Below are positions 11,104 to 21,363 of a stretch of DNA of 64,000 nt, one piece after another. This DNA is from Gammaproteobacteria bacterium. Its GTDB lineage: Bacteria; Pseudomonadota; Gammaproteobacteria; Eutrophobiales; Eutrophobiaceae. The stretch is from NCBI GenBank assembly GCA_965243205.1, contig CBDEUK010000001.1, forward strand, positions 352,001 through 416,000, given 5' to 3'. The position numbers and the translations under genes were made by a program. The notes under the pieces were generated by a model that saw nothing but the letters and a program-made list of their open reading frames with translations, was not told where the DNA came from and searched no databases. Every line of letters starts with the position of its first letter. Position 1 is the stretch's first letter.

Positions 11104-11328
11104 ATGCCAATTATTGTTGAACTCGATGTAATGCTCGCTCGCCGTAAAGTAAAATCGAAAGAACTTGCCGAGCATGTAGGGATTACTGAAGCAAACTTAT
11201 CATTGCTAAAAAAAGGTAAAGTTAAAGGTGTTCGTTTTGAAACACTAGAAAAGATTTGCGAATACCTGGAATGTAAGCCTGGAGATATATTGATATACGA
11301 GCCTTCTGATACTTCAAATGAAAAATAA
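11104..11328 (+). CDS. XRE/Cro-C1 family HTH regulator (YozG-like)
   Basis: MPIIVELDVMLARRK...LAEHVGITEANLSLLKKGKVKGVRFETLEKICEYLECKPGDIL. Confidence 0.92.
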   Translation: MPIIVELDVMLARRKVKSKELAEHVGITEANLSLLKKGKVKGVRFETLEKICEYLECKPGDILIYEPSDTSNEK

Positions 11329-11342
11329 ATAATCTATAAAAA

Positions 11343-11630
11343 ATGGAAACGCATAAAAAAATTGCATTGATAATTTATTTTATCGTGGCTTTTTTGATAA
11401 GTGGTCGAGAGGATATTGAGCGAGTTAAAGCTCAGCTAATTTTATTGGCTATATGTCTCATACCTATTCTATTTTATCGTTTGATTGCCCGTTTCTCAGG
11501 TTTTGGTTTCCCAGAAATATTTGCTAAAGATTATGGCAAGCCAAGACCAGCTGAACCCTATGCTTTTTTCTTTTGGCTTTTATATTTAATTGCTTGTGGT
11601 TTTATCGTTTTTAAATGGTCGATTTATTAG
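11343..11630 (+). CDS. small hypothetical membrane protein
   Basis: 95-aa ORF with three hydrophobic segments, co-oriented after the XRE gene and followed by a terminator. Confidence 0.6.
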   Translation: METHKKIALIIYFIVAFLISGREDIERVKAQLILLAICLIPILFYRLIARFSGFGFPEIFAKDYGKPRPAEPYAFFFWLLYLIACGFIVFKWSIY

Positions 11631-11643
11631 ATTGGCTTCATCT

Positions 11644-11671
11644 TAAAACCCACCAAATATGATGGGTTTTA
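11644..11671. terminator. bidirectional intrinsic terminator
   Basis: TAAAACCCA-N10-TGGGTTTTA between convergent genes. Confidence 0.7.
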
Positions 11672-11682
11672 TTACCAAATAT

Positions 11683-11898
11683 TTAACCTGCGGGCACACC
11701 GGTTCTATTCACTTGCGAATAAAACACTTTTTGGTTGTGTAACTTTCCAAGCACTTCATTGAGTGAGCGGACGGTTTGTTTTTGATGAGGACATGTTGAG
11801 TTAACATCTGCATGCAGATTCAACAGATTACGAAGAGCGTTCTCGATAATATCGATATCGCTGGGATCTAAATTAAAGGTACTACTATACTTAGGCAT
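11683..11898 (-). CDS. small hypothetical protein (71 aa)
   Basis: Strong GGAGGA SD before ATG at 11898, TATAAT upstream on minus strand, convergent terminator downstream. Confidence 0.7.
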   Translation of the reverse strand: MPKYSSTFNLDPSDIDIIENALRNLLNLHADVNSTCPHQKQTVRSLNEVLGKLHNQKVFYSQVNRTGVPAG

Positions 11899-12100
11899 TA
11901 CAAATTCCTCCACGGTTTAACCTAACGTCTTCAGCATTAAGCCGGGTGAACTTTGATTATAAGCTCAATTTCCACTTGAAGAAAAGTATTGTTTTTAAGA
12001 TCTTTTAAACACTAAATAAGCAACGAAATCGTTGCTTAATCAAACCAAATTTTGCATTTACTACACTGACTATCGAAGTATTTTCAGTTAAAATCATCTT

Positions 12101-14662
12101 ATGTCATCGACGATTAAGTCATCCGAGAATCACACCCCTGTTATCCAGCAATATCTGGGCTTTAAGGCACAGCACCCTGAACGATTATTGTTTTTTCGCA
12201 TGGGTGATTTTTATGAATTATTTTTTGAAGATGCAAAAAAAGTAGCGCGACTTTTAGACATTACTTTAACTGCGCGAGGTAAGTCCAAAGGCGAACCCAT
12301 TCCTATGGCAGGTGTTCCCTATCATGCAGCCGAGTCTTATTTGGCAAAACTTATTAAACTCGGTGAATCGGTTGTAATTTGTGAGCAAATCGGAGACCCA
12401 GCAACCTCAAAAGGTCCTGTTGAACGTGAAATTGCTCGAATACTGACGCCCGGAACCGTTACAGATGATGCCTTATTAAACGACAGAGAAGATAACCTTC
12501 TATTATCCATTCACTTTGAAAAAGAAATATTTGGTATCGCGTACATTGATGTTACGAGTGGACGTTTCCAGCTATTAGAAGTTGATAATAGCCAAGCTCT
12601 CGCAGCTGAACTTGAACGAATCAAACCTGCAGAATTGTTATTAAGTGAAGACTTTCAACTTGAAGAAATTATTCAAAACAAACAACTTAAAATTACTCAA
12701 CGTTTAAGCTGGGAGTTTAATCATTCTCAAAACCTACAACGCTTACTCACTCAATTTAATGTCAAAGAGCTGAACGGCTTTGGTTGTCAAGACATGTACA
12801 GTTCCGTAACCGCAGCAGGGGTGTTACTAAACTATCTTGATGAAACACAACGTACCAGTTTGATACATCTGCAATCACCAAAAGTCGAACAGCAAGAAGA
12901 TTGCATTATGATGGATAGCGTTTGCCGTCGAAATTTAGAAATCGATAAGCAAATAAATGGTGAGCAAAAACATACCTTGCTTAACGTTATTGATACGACG
13001 AAAACCGCAATGGGTTCACGTTTATTACGACGCTGGTTGCATTGGCCATTACGTGATCATGAACAATTAAATTTCCGTTATGCTGCTGTTGAAACATTAT
13101 TGCATAACAGAAACTTCATCGATCTGCTTGAACCATTGCAATCTATCTATGATCTAGAACGAATTATTACTCGTATTGCCTTAAAAACTGCAAGGCCTCA
13201 TGATTTAGTTGCATTAAGAACAACGCTTAATCAATTACCGATCATAAAAAACAGTTTAGAAAAACTGGATAGTCCATTATTAAAACAAATCAATTCTCTT
13301 ACACCATTGTTTTCAGAATTAACAGCGTTACTAAAATCGGCTGTAATAGAAAACCCGCCTGCTTTAATTCGTGATGGTGGTGTAATTGCCGATGGTTTTG
13401 ATAAAGAGCTGGATGAGTTACGCAATTTAAGTCGAGATGCGGATAGCTTCTTAGAACAACTTGAACAAACGGAACGTGAAAAAACAGGGATTGCTACTTT
13501 AAAAGTGGGATATAACCGCATTCATGGTTATTACATTGAACTTAGTCGTAATCAAAGTCATGAAGTTCCTGAACATTATCATCGTCGCCAAACCTTAAAG
13601 GCCGCTGAACGATTTATTACTCCCGAGCTGAAAGCGTTCGAAGATAAAATTTTAAGCGCAAGAGAACGCGCTTTAACTAAAGAAAAAAACTTATACGAAG
13701 AATTATTAAATACCATCTGCAAAGACGTAGCCGAATTACAAATTTGTGCAGAACAAATAGCAACACTGGATATATTAGTGTCATTCAGTGAACGTGCAGA
13801 AACATTAGATTATTCAAAGCCAAGTTTAAGCAAACAACGTGGCATCGAAATTACAAACGGTCGCCATCCTGTTGTAGAACAAATTCAAACCGAAACGTTT
13901 ATCGCGAATGATTTAACACTTAACCAAAACATCCCTATGTTGATTATCACAGGTCCTAATATGGGAGGTAAATCGACTTATATGCGTCAAGCTGCATTGA
14001 TCGTAATACTTGCTCATATTGGTAGCTTCGTTCCTGCTGAATCAGCCATGATCGGTCCTATCGATCGTATCTTTACCCGCATTGGCGCAAGCGATGATCT
14101 GGCCAGTGGTCGTTCTACGTTTATGGTCGAGATGACGGAAACGGCGAATATCTTAAACAATGCGACTGAAAACAGTTTAGTCATCATGGATGAAATCGGG
14201 CGTGGCACCAGTACCTTTGACGGTTTATCACTGGCCTGGGCAAGTGCTGAACATATTGCAACAAAACTCAATTCAATGTGTTTATTTGCAACACATTATT
14301 TTGAAATGACAACCTTAGCCGAACGACATGATGGTATAAAAAATGTTCATCTAGATGCGATAGAACATAACGATAAAATCATTTTTATGCATACCATTAA
14401 AGAAGGCTCAGCAAATCAGAGTTATGGTTTGCATGTTGCCGCTCTTGCTGGGGTCAATGAGTCGATCATTAAACAAGCTAAATTGAAGCTTCTCGAATTA
14501 GAGTCCAGTCGTTTAGAGCCTTCTTCTTCCAAAGAAACCACCCAAACAAATCTATTTTTCGAAAAAACTGCTATTGAAACTGAATTGGAACCATTGAATC
14601 CTGATGAACTTAGTCCCAAACAAGCTTTGGATATTCTATACAAACTAAAACAACTAATTTAA
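12101..14662 (+). CDS. mutS: DNA mismatch repair protein MutS
   Basis: [33 protein letters not shown] Walker [17 protein letters not shown]. Confidence 0.98.
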   Translation: MSSTIKSSENHTPVIQQYLGFKAQHPERLLFFRMGDFYELFFEDAKKVARLLDITLTARGKSKGEPIPMAGVPYHAAESYLAKLIKLGESVVICEQIGDPATSKGPVEREIARILTPGTVTDDALLNDREDNLLLSIHFEKEIFGIAYIDVTSGRFQLLEVDNSQALAAELERIKPAELLLSEDFQLEEIIQNKQLKITQRLSWEFNHSQNLQRLLTQFNVKELNGFGCQDMYSSVTAAGVLLNYLDETQRTSLIHLQSPKVEQQEDCIMMDSVCRRNLEIDKQINGEQKHTLLNVIDTTKTAMGSRLLRRWLHWPLRDHEQLNFRYAAVETLLHNRNFIDLLEPLQSIYDLERIITRIALKTARPHDLVALRTTLNQLPIIKNSLEKLDSPLLKQINSLTPLFSELTALLKSAVIENPPALIRDGGVIADGFDKELDELRNLSRDADSFLEQLEQTEREKTGIATLKVGYNRIHGYYIELSRNQSHEVPEHYHRRQTLKAAERFITPELKAFEDKILSARERALTKEKNLYEELLNTICKDVAELQICAEQIATLDILVSFSERAETLDYSKPSLSKQRGIEITNGRHPVVEQIQTETFIANDLTLNQNIPMLIITGPNMGGKSTYMRQAALIVILAHIGSFVPAESAMIGPIDRIFTRIGASDDLASGRSTFMVEMTETANILNNATENSLVIMDEIGRGTSTFDGLSLAWASAEHIATKLNSMCLFATHYFEMTTLAERHDGIKNVHLDAIEHNDKIIFMHTIKEGSANQSYGLHVAALAGVNESIIKQAKLKLLELESSRLEPSSSKETTQTNLFFEKTAIETELEPLNPDELSPKQALDILYKLKQLI

Positions 14663-14740
14663 CGCCTATATTTTGAAAATACAGCGAATTTCGGTATTAT
14701 TCACGACCTATTTTTACAAGAACTTTAAGGTGAAACATCG

Positions 14741-15064
14741 ATGACATTTGTCGTAACTGAGAACTGCATAAAATGTAAATACACGGACTGTGTAGAAGTG
14801 TGTCCAGTGGACTGCTTTCATGAAGGTCCGAACATGCTGGTGATCGACCCTGATGAATGTATTGACTGCACCTTGTGTGAGCCCGAATGCCCGGCTGAGG
14901 CTATCATGTCTGACGACGATGTGCCGGATAACATGCAAGAGTTTATTCAGTTGAACGAAGAACTTTCTAAAGAATGGCCAGTTATCAACGAGATGAAAGA
15001 TGCACCTGATGATGCTGATGACTGGAAAGACAAAGAAGGTAAAATCGAACTACTTGAGAGATAA
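14741..15064 (+). CDS. fdxA: 7Fe ferredoxin FdxA
   Basis: [26 protein letters not shown]...[12 protein letters not shown]; next to mutS. Confidence 0.95.
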   Translation: MTFVVTENCIKCKYTDCVEVCPVDCFHEGPNMLVIDPDECIDCTLCEPECPAEAIMSDDDVPDNMQEFIQLNEELSKEWPVINEMKDAPDDADDWKDKEGKIELLER

Positions 15065-15111
15065 AGTATCGTTCTGGGCTTAGTTTGAGCCCTAATCCAC
15101 AAAACTCCCTT

Positions 15112-15138
15112 TCAAGAATTCCTAATTCCTGCCGATAA
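15112..15138 (+). promoter_or_regulatory. sigma-28 (FliA)-type promoter
   Basis: TCAAGAAT-N11-GCCGATAA: perfect -10 element and canonical spacing, about 75 nt upstream of the HDOD gene. Confidence 0.75.
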
Positions 15139-15211
15139 GATATCCAGATTATCTGGGTATCTTATTTGCCCCCAATTTCACCTTAGAAATACTTTCAGGC
15201 AGGAGATCGAT

Positions 15212-16639
15212 ATGCGGGATGAACTCACGCAGTGGAAAAAACGTATTGATAAAGCGCCACTGCCCATCCTGAAAAGTACAGCACAGTTTTTTGCTAAAAC
15301 ACAATCTAAGCCAGGCGCGAGTGTTTCGGGACTTTGGTCATGCCTCCAATATGATTTAGGTATGTGTTTAAATTTATTACGTGCCGCTGGACGTAGTAAA
15401 AACACAAAAGTCACAAATCTTAATCATGCGATTTTGCTACTTGGCTTACCTAACACATTAAACCGGCCTAATAATCTACCTAAAATTGATGACATCAAAG
15501 ATAAGCAAATTAAAAATACCTTTTTTCAAATCTATAGTAATAATTTTCAAACCTATTCCATCTTAAAAAACTGTTTTAAACAAAGCTCTGAAGATACTAA
15601 TAAAGAGTTAGAAATCTGCAATTTTGCCACAGGTTTTATTGATTACTTACTATTTAATGCAGACCCTGACCGTTATTTAAAACTTCTAAAGAAAGAGCAA
15701 CAAGGAGTTACTCGAATTGAAGCAGAAGAATCCATATTGGGATTCACGCGTCGAGAATTAGCCTTTGAAATTGCAACTGACTGGCGTTTGCCTGAACTAA
15801 TCGCCCAATCACAACAACACAGCACAAACCAATCGCCAAATTTACAACAAGTCTCTTTAAATTTACGTTTTAAAGAAGAACTAAACCAAGGTTGGTATCA
15901 CCAAGGAATGGATGAATTTATAAATGTACTTGCTAAAACTACTTCAAATACCACTGAATATATAACGAAGAAAATTCATAATGAATCGGTAAAGATCGCT
16001 CGTAATAATAAAAATATATTTCCAACAGCAATCAGTTTTGCTGAGCGGCTTATCGAATGCAAGGCTTCCAAAATAAAAAAACCTGCCGTTCTTATTCAAC
16101 CTCAAAAAACTCGCAAAGAATTATACGCTCAAGCTATTCAATCGATTGAAAAACATCATCTAGCAAGTTATCAAGAAATCATTACAGAATGTTTTAACGG
16201 TTATAAAAATGGTCTGGGGTTTAGTAGAATGTTTTTTGCAGTATTAACTGAAGACAAAAAACATTTAAAGATTATTTTATCGAAAACTATCGAAGGAAAA
16301 GAAAGCTTAAATAAGCTACGAATCCCATTAAATAATAAAAATTTATTTGAACAGCTCATGCGTCAACCTGGTGGCGTGTGGATGAATAAAAATAACCAGA
16401 AAAAATATCTACCTTTTCTACCAATGATTTTTCTGGATAAATTACGCAGCCATAACTTTGTAGCAATGTCCGCATTTATTCATGACCATCCTTTTGGATT
16501 ATTCTATGCAGATATGAACGGTACACAAAATCTTACAGATGGTCATTTTAAATATTTCAAACATCTCTGTAGGATCAGCAATGAAGCCTTTGAAGCATTG
16601 TCAGATCATCAAGAAAAGCAGAAAATAGCCCACGCTTAA
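15212..16639 (+). CDS. HDOD-domain protein with probable C-terminal GAF-like domain
   Basis: LPIL...D.G...NLLR.A...VTNLNHAILLLG and E...LGFT......IA.DWRLPE HDOD pattern; C-terminal GFSRMFFAVL...PFGLFYAD; AGGAG SD. Confidence 0.7.
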   Translation: MRDELTQWKKRIDKAPLPILKSTAQFFAKTQSKPGASVSGLWSCLQYDLGMCLNLLRAAGRSKNTKVTNLNHAILLLGLPNTLNRPNNLPKIDDIKDKQIKNTFFQIYSNNFQTYSILKNCFKQSSEDTNKELEICNFATGFIDYLLFNADPDRYLKLLKKEQQGVTRIEAEESILGFTRRELAFEIATDWRLPELIAQSQQHSTNQSPNLQQVSLNLRFKEELNQGWYHQGMDEFINVLAKTTSNTTEYITKKIHNESVKIARNNKNIFPTAISFAERLIECKASKIKKPAVLIQPQKTRKELYAQAIQSIEKHHLASYQEIITECFNGYKNGLGFSRMFFAVLTEDKKHLKIILSKTIEGKESLNKLRIPLNNKNLFEQLMRQPGGVWMNKNNQKKYLPFLPMIFLDKLRSHNFVAMSAFIHDHPFGLFYADMNGTQNLTDGHFKYFKHLCRISNEAFEALSDHQEKQKIAHA

Positions 16640-16660
16640 ATAAACTTCGATATAGGACTC

Positions 16661-17131
16661 ATGATGAAAAACTTGATGTTAGTTGTGCTGGGTTCAGTTT
16701 TGCTCTGCTTAAATATATTATCATTCACACTAAATGCTGAAATCTATAAATGGACTGATAAGGACGGTAAAATCCATTACAGTGACCGGCCCAATCAAAA
16801 AGCAACTACTGTCGATATCAAAACCCAAACACAACCTCAAGCTAATCAGGCCGATCGATGGCAGGCAATACAAGAACGCCAACAACGCTACCTTGAATAT
16901 TTACAAGATGAACGTGGCGATCGTGATGAAGAAAAACAAAAAAAAGAACAACAGTTAGCAGAGCGAAAAAAAATCTGCCAAGAAGCAACAGATTATCATA
17001 AACAATTGAATACGGTTAGGATGTGGTACGATGAGGATGAAGAAGGCAATAAAAGATATCTCGACCATACTGAGAAAGATAAGGAAATAGCTAAAGCCAA
17101 ACAAATGATGGATAAATATTGCGCAAACTGA
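16661..17131 (+). CDS. DUF4124-domain exported protein
   Basis: Signal peptide then AEIYKWTDKDGKIHYSDRP, coiled coil and a terminal Cys pair. Confidence 0.85.
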   Translation: MMKNLMLVVLGSVLLCLNILSFTLNAEIYKWTDKDGKIHYSDRPNQKATTVDIKTQTQPQANQADRWQAIQERQQRYLEYLQDERGDRDEEKQKKEQQLAERKKICQEATDYHKQLNTVRMWYDEDEEGNKRYLDHTEKDKEIAKAKQMMDKYCAN

Positions 17132-17247
17132 ATATATGCCTCATGGTAAATTCTTTGAATCGACTTATCTTGCAACAGAAATTAGACAATGAAGACAAAT
17201 TCTAGTCTAATATATCTCTTCATTATAATGTCATAAGTACTTGTACT

Positions 17248-19776
17248 ATGAAAAAAAGTTTCTGGAAAAGTGATGCTCTGGTTGGGCTGATTATTTCGAT
17301 AATCTTCTTTCTCATCGCGCCAAGCAAATTTATCCAGAATATAGAAACCCTTGCCTATGATTACGGTGTTAAAAATTCCTCCCGTGAATCTGGTGACAAA
17401 GTCACTATCATTGCCATAGACGATCAAAGTATTGAGAACATAGGCCGCTGGCCATGGTCAAGATCTATCTTGGCTGAAATGATCGATAAGTTAAAAGCAG
17501 CTGGCGCTAAGGTCGTTTCTAACACTGTATTACTTTCCGAACCTCAGACATCTCCTATTAGCCAATATGTCGATGGTGCCATTAATTTACTAGAGAATGA
17601 TTCCAGTGCACGTTACTCTTCCAGCATTGCTGAAGCCATTGATCTATTAAAACAAGGTCGAAGTGATGTATTGGAAAATGATTCCTTACTTTCGACCAGT
17701 ATGGGAAATGCAAGCAATGTTATACTCGGCATGCAATTTGGTTTAGGTGAGCCTTTAGGCAAACCTGATAGCGCTCTGCCAGATTATGTTTCTAAACATA
17801 AATTAGAAAATGTACTAGGCGATCCAGAATTAGGCCGGCCTGCATTTGCAAATGCCATCACTCCTCCAATTTCTACCTTAGGAAACCAAGCCCAAGGCCT
17901 TGGACATATTAGTTTTCCTATTGATAACGATGGTGGCGTTAGAAAAGATTTATTACTAGTCGATTATTACAACGATTATTTTCCTTCAATAGCATTAATT
18001 ACCGCTGCGAAGAGTTTGAATTTAGGCCCTGAAGATATTCTGATTAAACAAGGTGAATCAGTGAATTTGTCTAACCTTGTGATTCAAACTGATCCAGCTT
18101 CACGCATGTACCCGTTTTTCTATCAAAATGCTGAAGGTGGTTCGCCATTTAAAGTGAATTCATTTTATGATGTGAAAGAAGGCAAGGTTTCGCCTGATGT
18201 TTTCAAGGATAAAATTGTCATCATTGGTGCTACGGCCTACGGCATAGGTACCAGCTTTAAAACACCAACAGATCCGACAATGTCACCCGCTATGGTTTTA
18301 GCAAACGTCGTTGCGAGTATTTTGAATCAACATTTTTTTGTGGTACCTAGTTGGGCCGTGATTGCGCAAATCCTGGCTTTTTTAATCGTTGCTCTCTTCC
18401 TTATTTTCGTACTACCTAAACTCAGTGCAAAGATGGCAGCGATTTCGAGCTTTTCGATATTCGCTATTTTGATTGCAGCGAATCAATTTCTAATGATCAA
18501 TCAAGCTATGTGGGTCAAATTAATGTTGCCTGCATTATTATTGCTTGGTGGTTATCTATTACTAATTACTAAACGTTACCTTGTCACCGAACGCGGCAAA
18601 CTAAAAGCCGACCAAGCTTCAGCGGACAGTAATCGCACACTTGGTCTTTCATACCAGCAACAAGGTCAATTGGATATGGCATTGGATAAATTCAAAGCTT
18701 GTCCATTAGATGATTCCATCATGGAACCTTTGTACAGCTTAGGTCTAGATTTCGAAAGTAAACGTCAATTCAACAAAGCCTGTGCTGTCTACGATTACAT
18801 GGCGACGCATGACAGCAATTACAAAGATATTAAAGAACGTATCCAACGCAGCCGCGCGCTTGAAGAAACCGTCATGCTTGGCGGTGGCGGTGGTGGCGGC
18901 TCTGCTGCAGGCACACTATTGCTTGATGGTGGCGGTGTGCAAAAACCCAAACTCGGTCGTTACGAGGTTGAAAAAGAACTCGGTAAAGGTGCTATGGGTG
19001 TTGTCTACCTTGGCAAAGATCCAAAAATTAATCGTGTTGTTGCCATCAAAACCATGGCTCTATCACAAGAATTTGAAGAAGATGAACTAGATGAAGTAAA
19101 AGAACGCTTCTTTCGTGAAGCTGAAACCGCTGGTCGCTTAGCGCACGCAAATATCGTCACAATCTTTGATGCTGGTGAGGAACATGATCTTGCCTATATT
19201 GCCATGGAATTCCTTGAAGGCCATGATTTAATGCGATACACCAAAGGGGATTCACTATTACCAGTCAAAACAGTGATGAATCTCATAGCTCAATCAGCTG
19301 ACGCCTTGAGCTATGCACACGAAGCTAGCGTAGTCCATCGAGATATAAAACCTGCTAATGTCATGTATGAGCCCGAATCCGGTAAGCTCAAATTAACCGA
19401 CTTTGGCATCGCACGAATTACTGATTCCAGCAAAACCAAGACTGGAATGATTCTAGGTACACCTTCGTATATGTCTCCTGAGCAACTGTCTGGTAAAAAG
19501 GTAGATGGTCGCTCTGACCTGTTCTCATTGGGCGTAATGTTTTACCAAATGCTTTGCGGAAAACTACCATTCAAGGGTGATTCTATGGCGACCTTAATGT
19601 ATAAAATCGCCAATGAAGACCACCCTGACTTGAACGAAGTGAACCCAAAATTTGCTAAATTGCCGTGTATCTCCCAAATCATCAATAAAGCTTTGGAGAA
19701 AGCTCCTGATAAGCGATATCAAGACGGTGCTGAGATGGCCGCTGATATTCGTAAGTGTATGAGCTACTTAAAATAA
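17248..19776 (+). CDS. CHASE2-domain Ser/Thr protein kinase
   Basis: IIAIDDQSIENIGRWPWSR CHASE2 start, three TMs, TPR-like segment, kinase motifs LGKGAMGVVY, VAIK, HRDIKPAN, DFG, GTPSYMSPEQ. Confidence 0.93.
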   Translation: MKKSFWKSDALVGLIISIIFFLIAPSKFIQNIETLAYDYGVKNSSRESGDKVTIIAIDDQSIENIGRWPWSRSILAEMIDKLKAAGAKVVSNTVLLSEPQTSPISQYVDGAINLLENDSSARYSSSIAEAIDLLKQGRSDVLENDSLLSTSMGNASNVILGMQFGLGEPLGKPDSALPDYVSKHKLENVLGDPELGRPAFANAITPPISTLGNQAQGLGHISFPIDNDGGVRKDLLLVDYYNDYFPSIALITAAKSLNLGPEDILIKQGESVNLSNLVIQTDPASRMYPFFYQNAEGGSPFKVNSFYDVKEGKVSPDVFKDKIVIIGATAYGIGTSFKTPTDPTMSPAMVLANVVASILNQHFFVVPSWAVIAQILAFLIVALFLIFVLPKLSAKMAAISSFSIFAILIAANQFLMINQAMWVKLMLPALLLLGGYLLLITKRYLVTERGKLKADQASADSNRTLGLSYQQQGQLDMALDKFKACPLDDSIMEPLYSLGLDFESKRQFNKACAVYDYMATHDSNYKDIKERIQRSRALEETVMLGGGGGGGSAAGTLLLDGGGVQKPKLGRYEVEKELGKGAMGVVYLGKDPKINRVVAIKTMALSQEFEEDELDEVKERFFREAETAGRLAHANIVTIFDAGEEHDLAYIAMEFLEGHDLMRYTKGDSLLPVKTVMNLIAQSADALSYAHEASVVHRDIKPANVMYEPESGKLKLTDFGIARITDSSKTKTGMILGTPSYMSPEQLSGKKVDGRSDLFSLGVMFYQMLCGKLPFKGDSMATLMYKIANEDHPDLNEVNPKFAKLPCISQIINKALEKAPDKRYQDGAEMAADIRKCMSYLK

Positions 19777-19778
19777 TT

Positions 19779-20543
19779 ATGACAAATCTAGCTAACTTAA
19801 ATGTAGTAAATATCTCTGATGTAGGACAAAAACGTCCCCATAATGAGGACAGCACTATTACTGATTCCAATAAAGGCATCATGATTTTAGCTGACGGTAT
19901 GGGGGGCTATAAAGCTGGGGAAGTGGCTAGCAGCATTGCCGTGACAGATGTATACCAATTACTGAAAATTGGTTTAGATAAGATTGATAACAATTCAAAT
20001 GGTTCTGGCGGAATCAGTACAGAATCTATTTTGCTCGAAAAAGCTATTAGTGCTGCAAACTTAAAGATCTATAACTTAGCGACGCATGAAAACTCCTGCC
20101 AAGGCATGGGAACAACCATCGTCACCTGTCTTGTGAGAGAAAACCATCTAGTGGTGGGGCATGTTGGCGATTCAAGAATGTACCGTCTAAGAGCCGATGT
20201 CTTTGAACAAATCACTAAGGATCACTCGCTGATCCAGGAATTAGTCGACCGAGGCCTATATTCTGAAGAGGAAGCTGCCGCTAATACACCCAAAAATTTA
20301 GTAACAAGAGCTTTGGGTATCGATACAGAGGTCGAGGTCGATGTATTTGAAGAAGCAACCGTGAGTGGTGATATTTACCTCCTTTGCTCGGACGGATTAA
20401 CAGATATGGTAAAAGATGAAGAAATTCACTTAACCCTAAGTAAATATAGTGCTAATCTTGTACAAGGAGCTAACGAATTAGTTCGAATGGCGAACCAAAA
20501 TGGTGGCAAGGATAATATTTCTGTCATTTTGGTGCAGGTCTGA
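19779..20543 (+). CDS. PP2C-family Ser/Thr phosphatase (Stp1/PrpC-like)
   Basis: SDVGQKRPHNED, ADGMGG, GMGTT, HVGDSR, LLCSDGL, GGKDNIS. Confidence 0.93.
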   Translation: MTNLANLNVVNISDVGQKRPHNEDSTITDSNKGIMILADGMGGYKAGEVASSIAVTDVYQLLKIGLDKIDNNSNGSGGISTESILLEKAISAANLKIYNLATHENSCQGMGTTIVTCLVRENHLVVGHVGDSRMYRLRADVFEQITKDHSLIQELVDRGLYSEEEAAANTPKNLVTRALGIDTEVEVDVFEEATVSGDIYLLCSDGLTDMVKDEEIHLTLSKYSANLVQGANELVRMANQNGGKDNISVILVQV

Positions 20544-20608
20544 GATAATCCAGATTTTGCATTCTTTTTTGATTTTTTGACGAATAATTGGGGAAACAGG
20601 GCTCAACG

Positions 20609-21331
20609 ATGGCAAAGTTAGTTCTTAGTCTAAATGGGGTTGTCCAAGGGGAATATGAGCTTAATCAAGAGCGCATTTCCATCGGTCGCAAACCAGATAA
20701 TAACATTCAAATCGATAATTTAGCGGTCAGCGGCAAACACGCACTGGTCATTTCAATTCTTGACGATTCATTTCTAGAAGACCTAGGTAGTACCAATGGT
20801 ACTTATGTGAATGGTAAATTAATCAAAAAACACGCGTTGAAAGACGGTGATGTTGTCTCAATCGGCAAACATGAGCTGAAGTATGTCAATGAACACGCTA
20901 CAGCCGATGATGATGAGTTTGAAAAAACCATGATCATCAAACCTGGCTCTGCTAGTGCCGCCGTTGCTGCTGCTGAAGCTGCCACTGCATCTGGTGTCGC
21001 AACTCCTGCACCATCTGGCACTTCAACTCCAGTCAACCCTGGCTCAGGCATGCCATTAGGTCGCCTGACTGTGTTAAATGGCCCTATTGCAGGCAAAGAA
21101 TTACAACTCACAAAAGCATTAGTCACACTGGGTAAACCAGGAACTCAAGTTGCCGTAATATCCCGACGTCCTCAAGGGTACTTCCTAACGCACATTGAAA
21201 GCGATGGTGACGGTAAACGTTATCCTATTGTGAATGGTGACGCGATTGGCCCGAAAGCTTACCAATTAACCAATAGCGATTTAATTGAGTTAGCTGGAAT
21301 TAAAATGGAATTCAATACCATCGAGCAGTAA
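20609..21331 (+). CDS. FHA-domain protein (N-terminal FHA, second degenerate FHA-like domain)
   Basis: IGRKPDN, VSGKHA, DLGSTNGTYVNG; Ala/Pro/Thr linker; C-terminal beta-rich domain lacking the pThr-binding residues. Confidence 0.9.
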   Translation: MAKLVLSLNGVVQGEYELNQERISIGRKPDNNIQIDNLAVSGKHALVISILDDSFLEDLGSTNGTYVNGKLIKKHALKDGDVVSIGKHELKYVNEHATADDDEFEKTMIIKPGSASAAVAAAEAATASGVATPAPSGTSTPVNPGSGMPLGRLTVLNGPIAGKELQLTKALVTLGKPGTQVAVISRRPQGYFLTHIESDGDGKRYPIVNGDAIGPKAYQLTNSDLIELAGIKMEFNTIEQ

Positions 21332-21346
21332 TCCACTACTGCTCGA
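21321..21346. terminator. hairpin between convergent FHA and cyclase genes
   Basis: TCGAGCAGTA-ATCCAC-TACTGCTCGA perfect 10-bp stem; U-tails weak. Confidence 0.5.
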
Positions 21347-21363
21347 ATTAATGCATACAATTC

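Noticed and set aside
9900-11913. Accessory cassette as a mobile element or prophage remnant
   Set aside because: No integrase, transposase, tRNA target or flanking direct repeats seen
11921-11945. CTGAAGA leader hairpin as a hammerhead ribozyme or fluoride riboswitch
   Set aside because: No stem II followed by GAAA, and no GGNGAUGG 5' element
18880-18900. GGCGGT repeats in the kinase as a contingency locus
   Set aside because: In-frame mixed Gly codons encoding a flexible linker, not a pure slippage tract
17248-21331. Kinase-PP2C-FHA as a type VI secretion regulatory module
   Set aside because: No tss, hcp or vgrG genes in the window, and the kinase has a CHASE2-first architecture unlike PpkA
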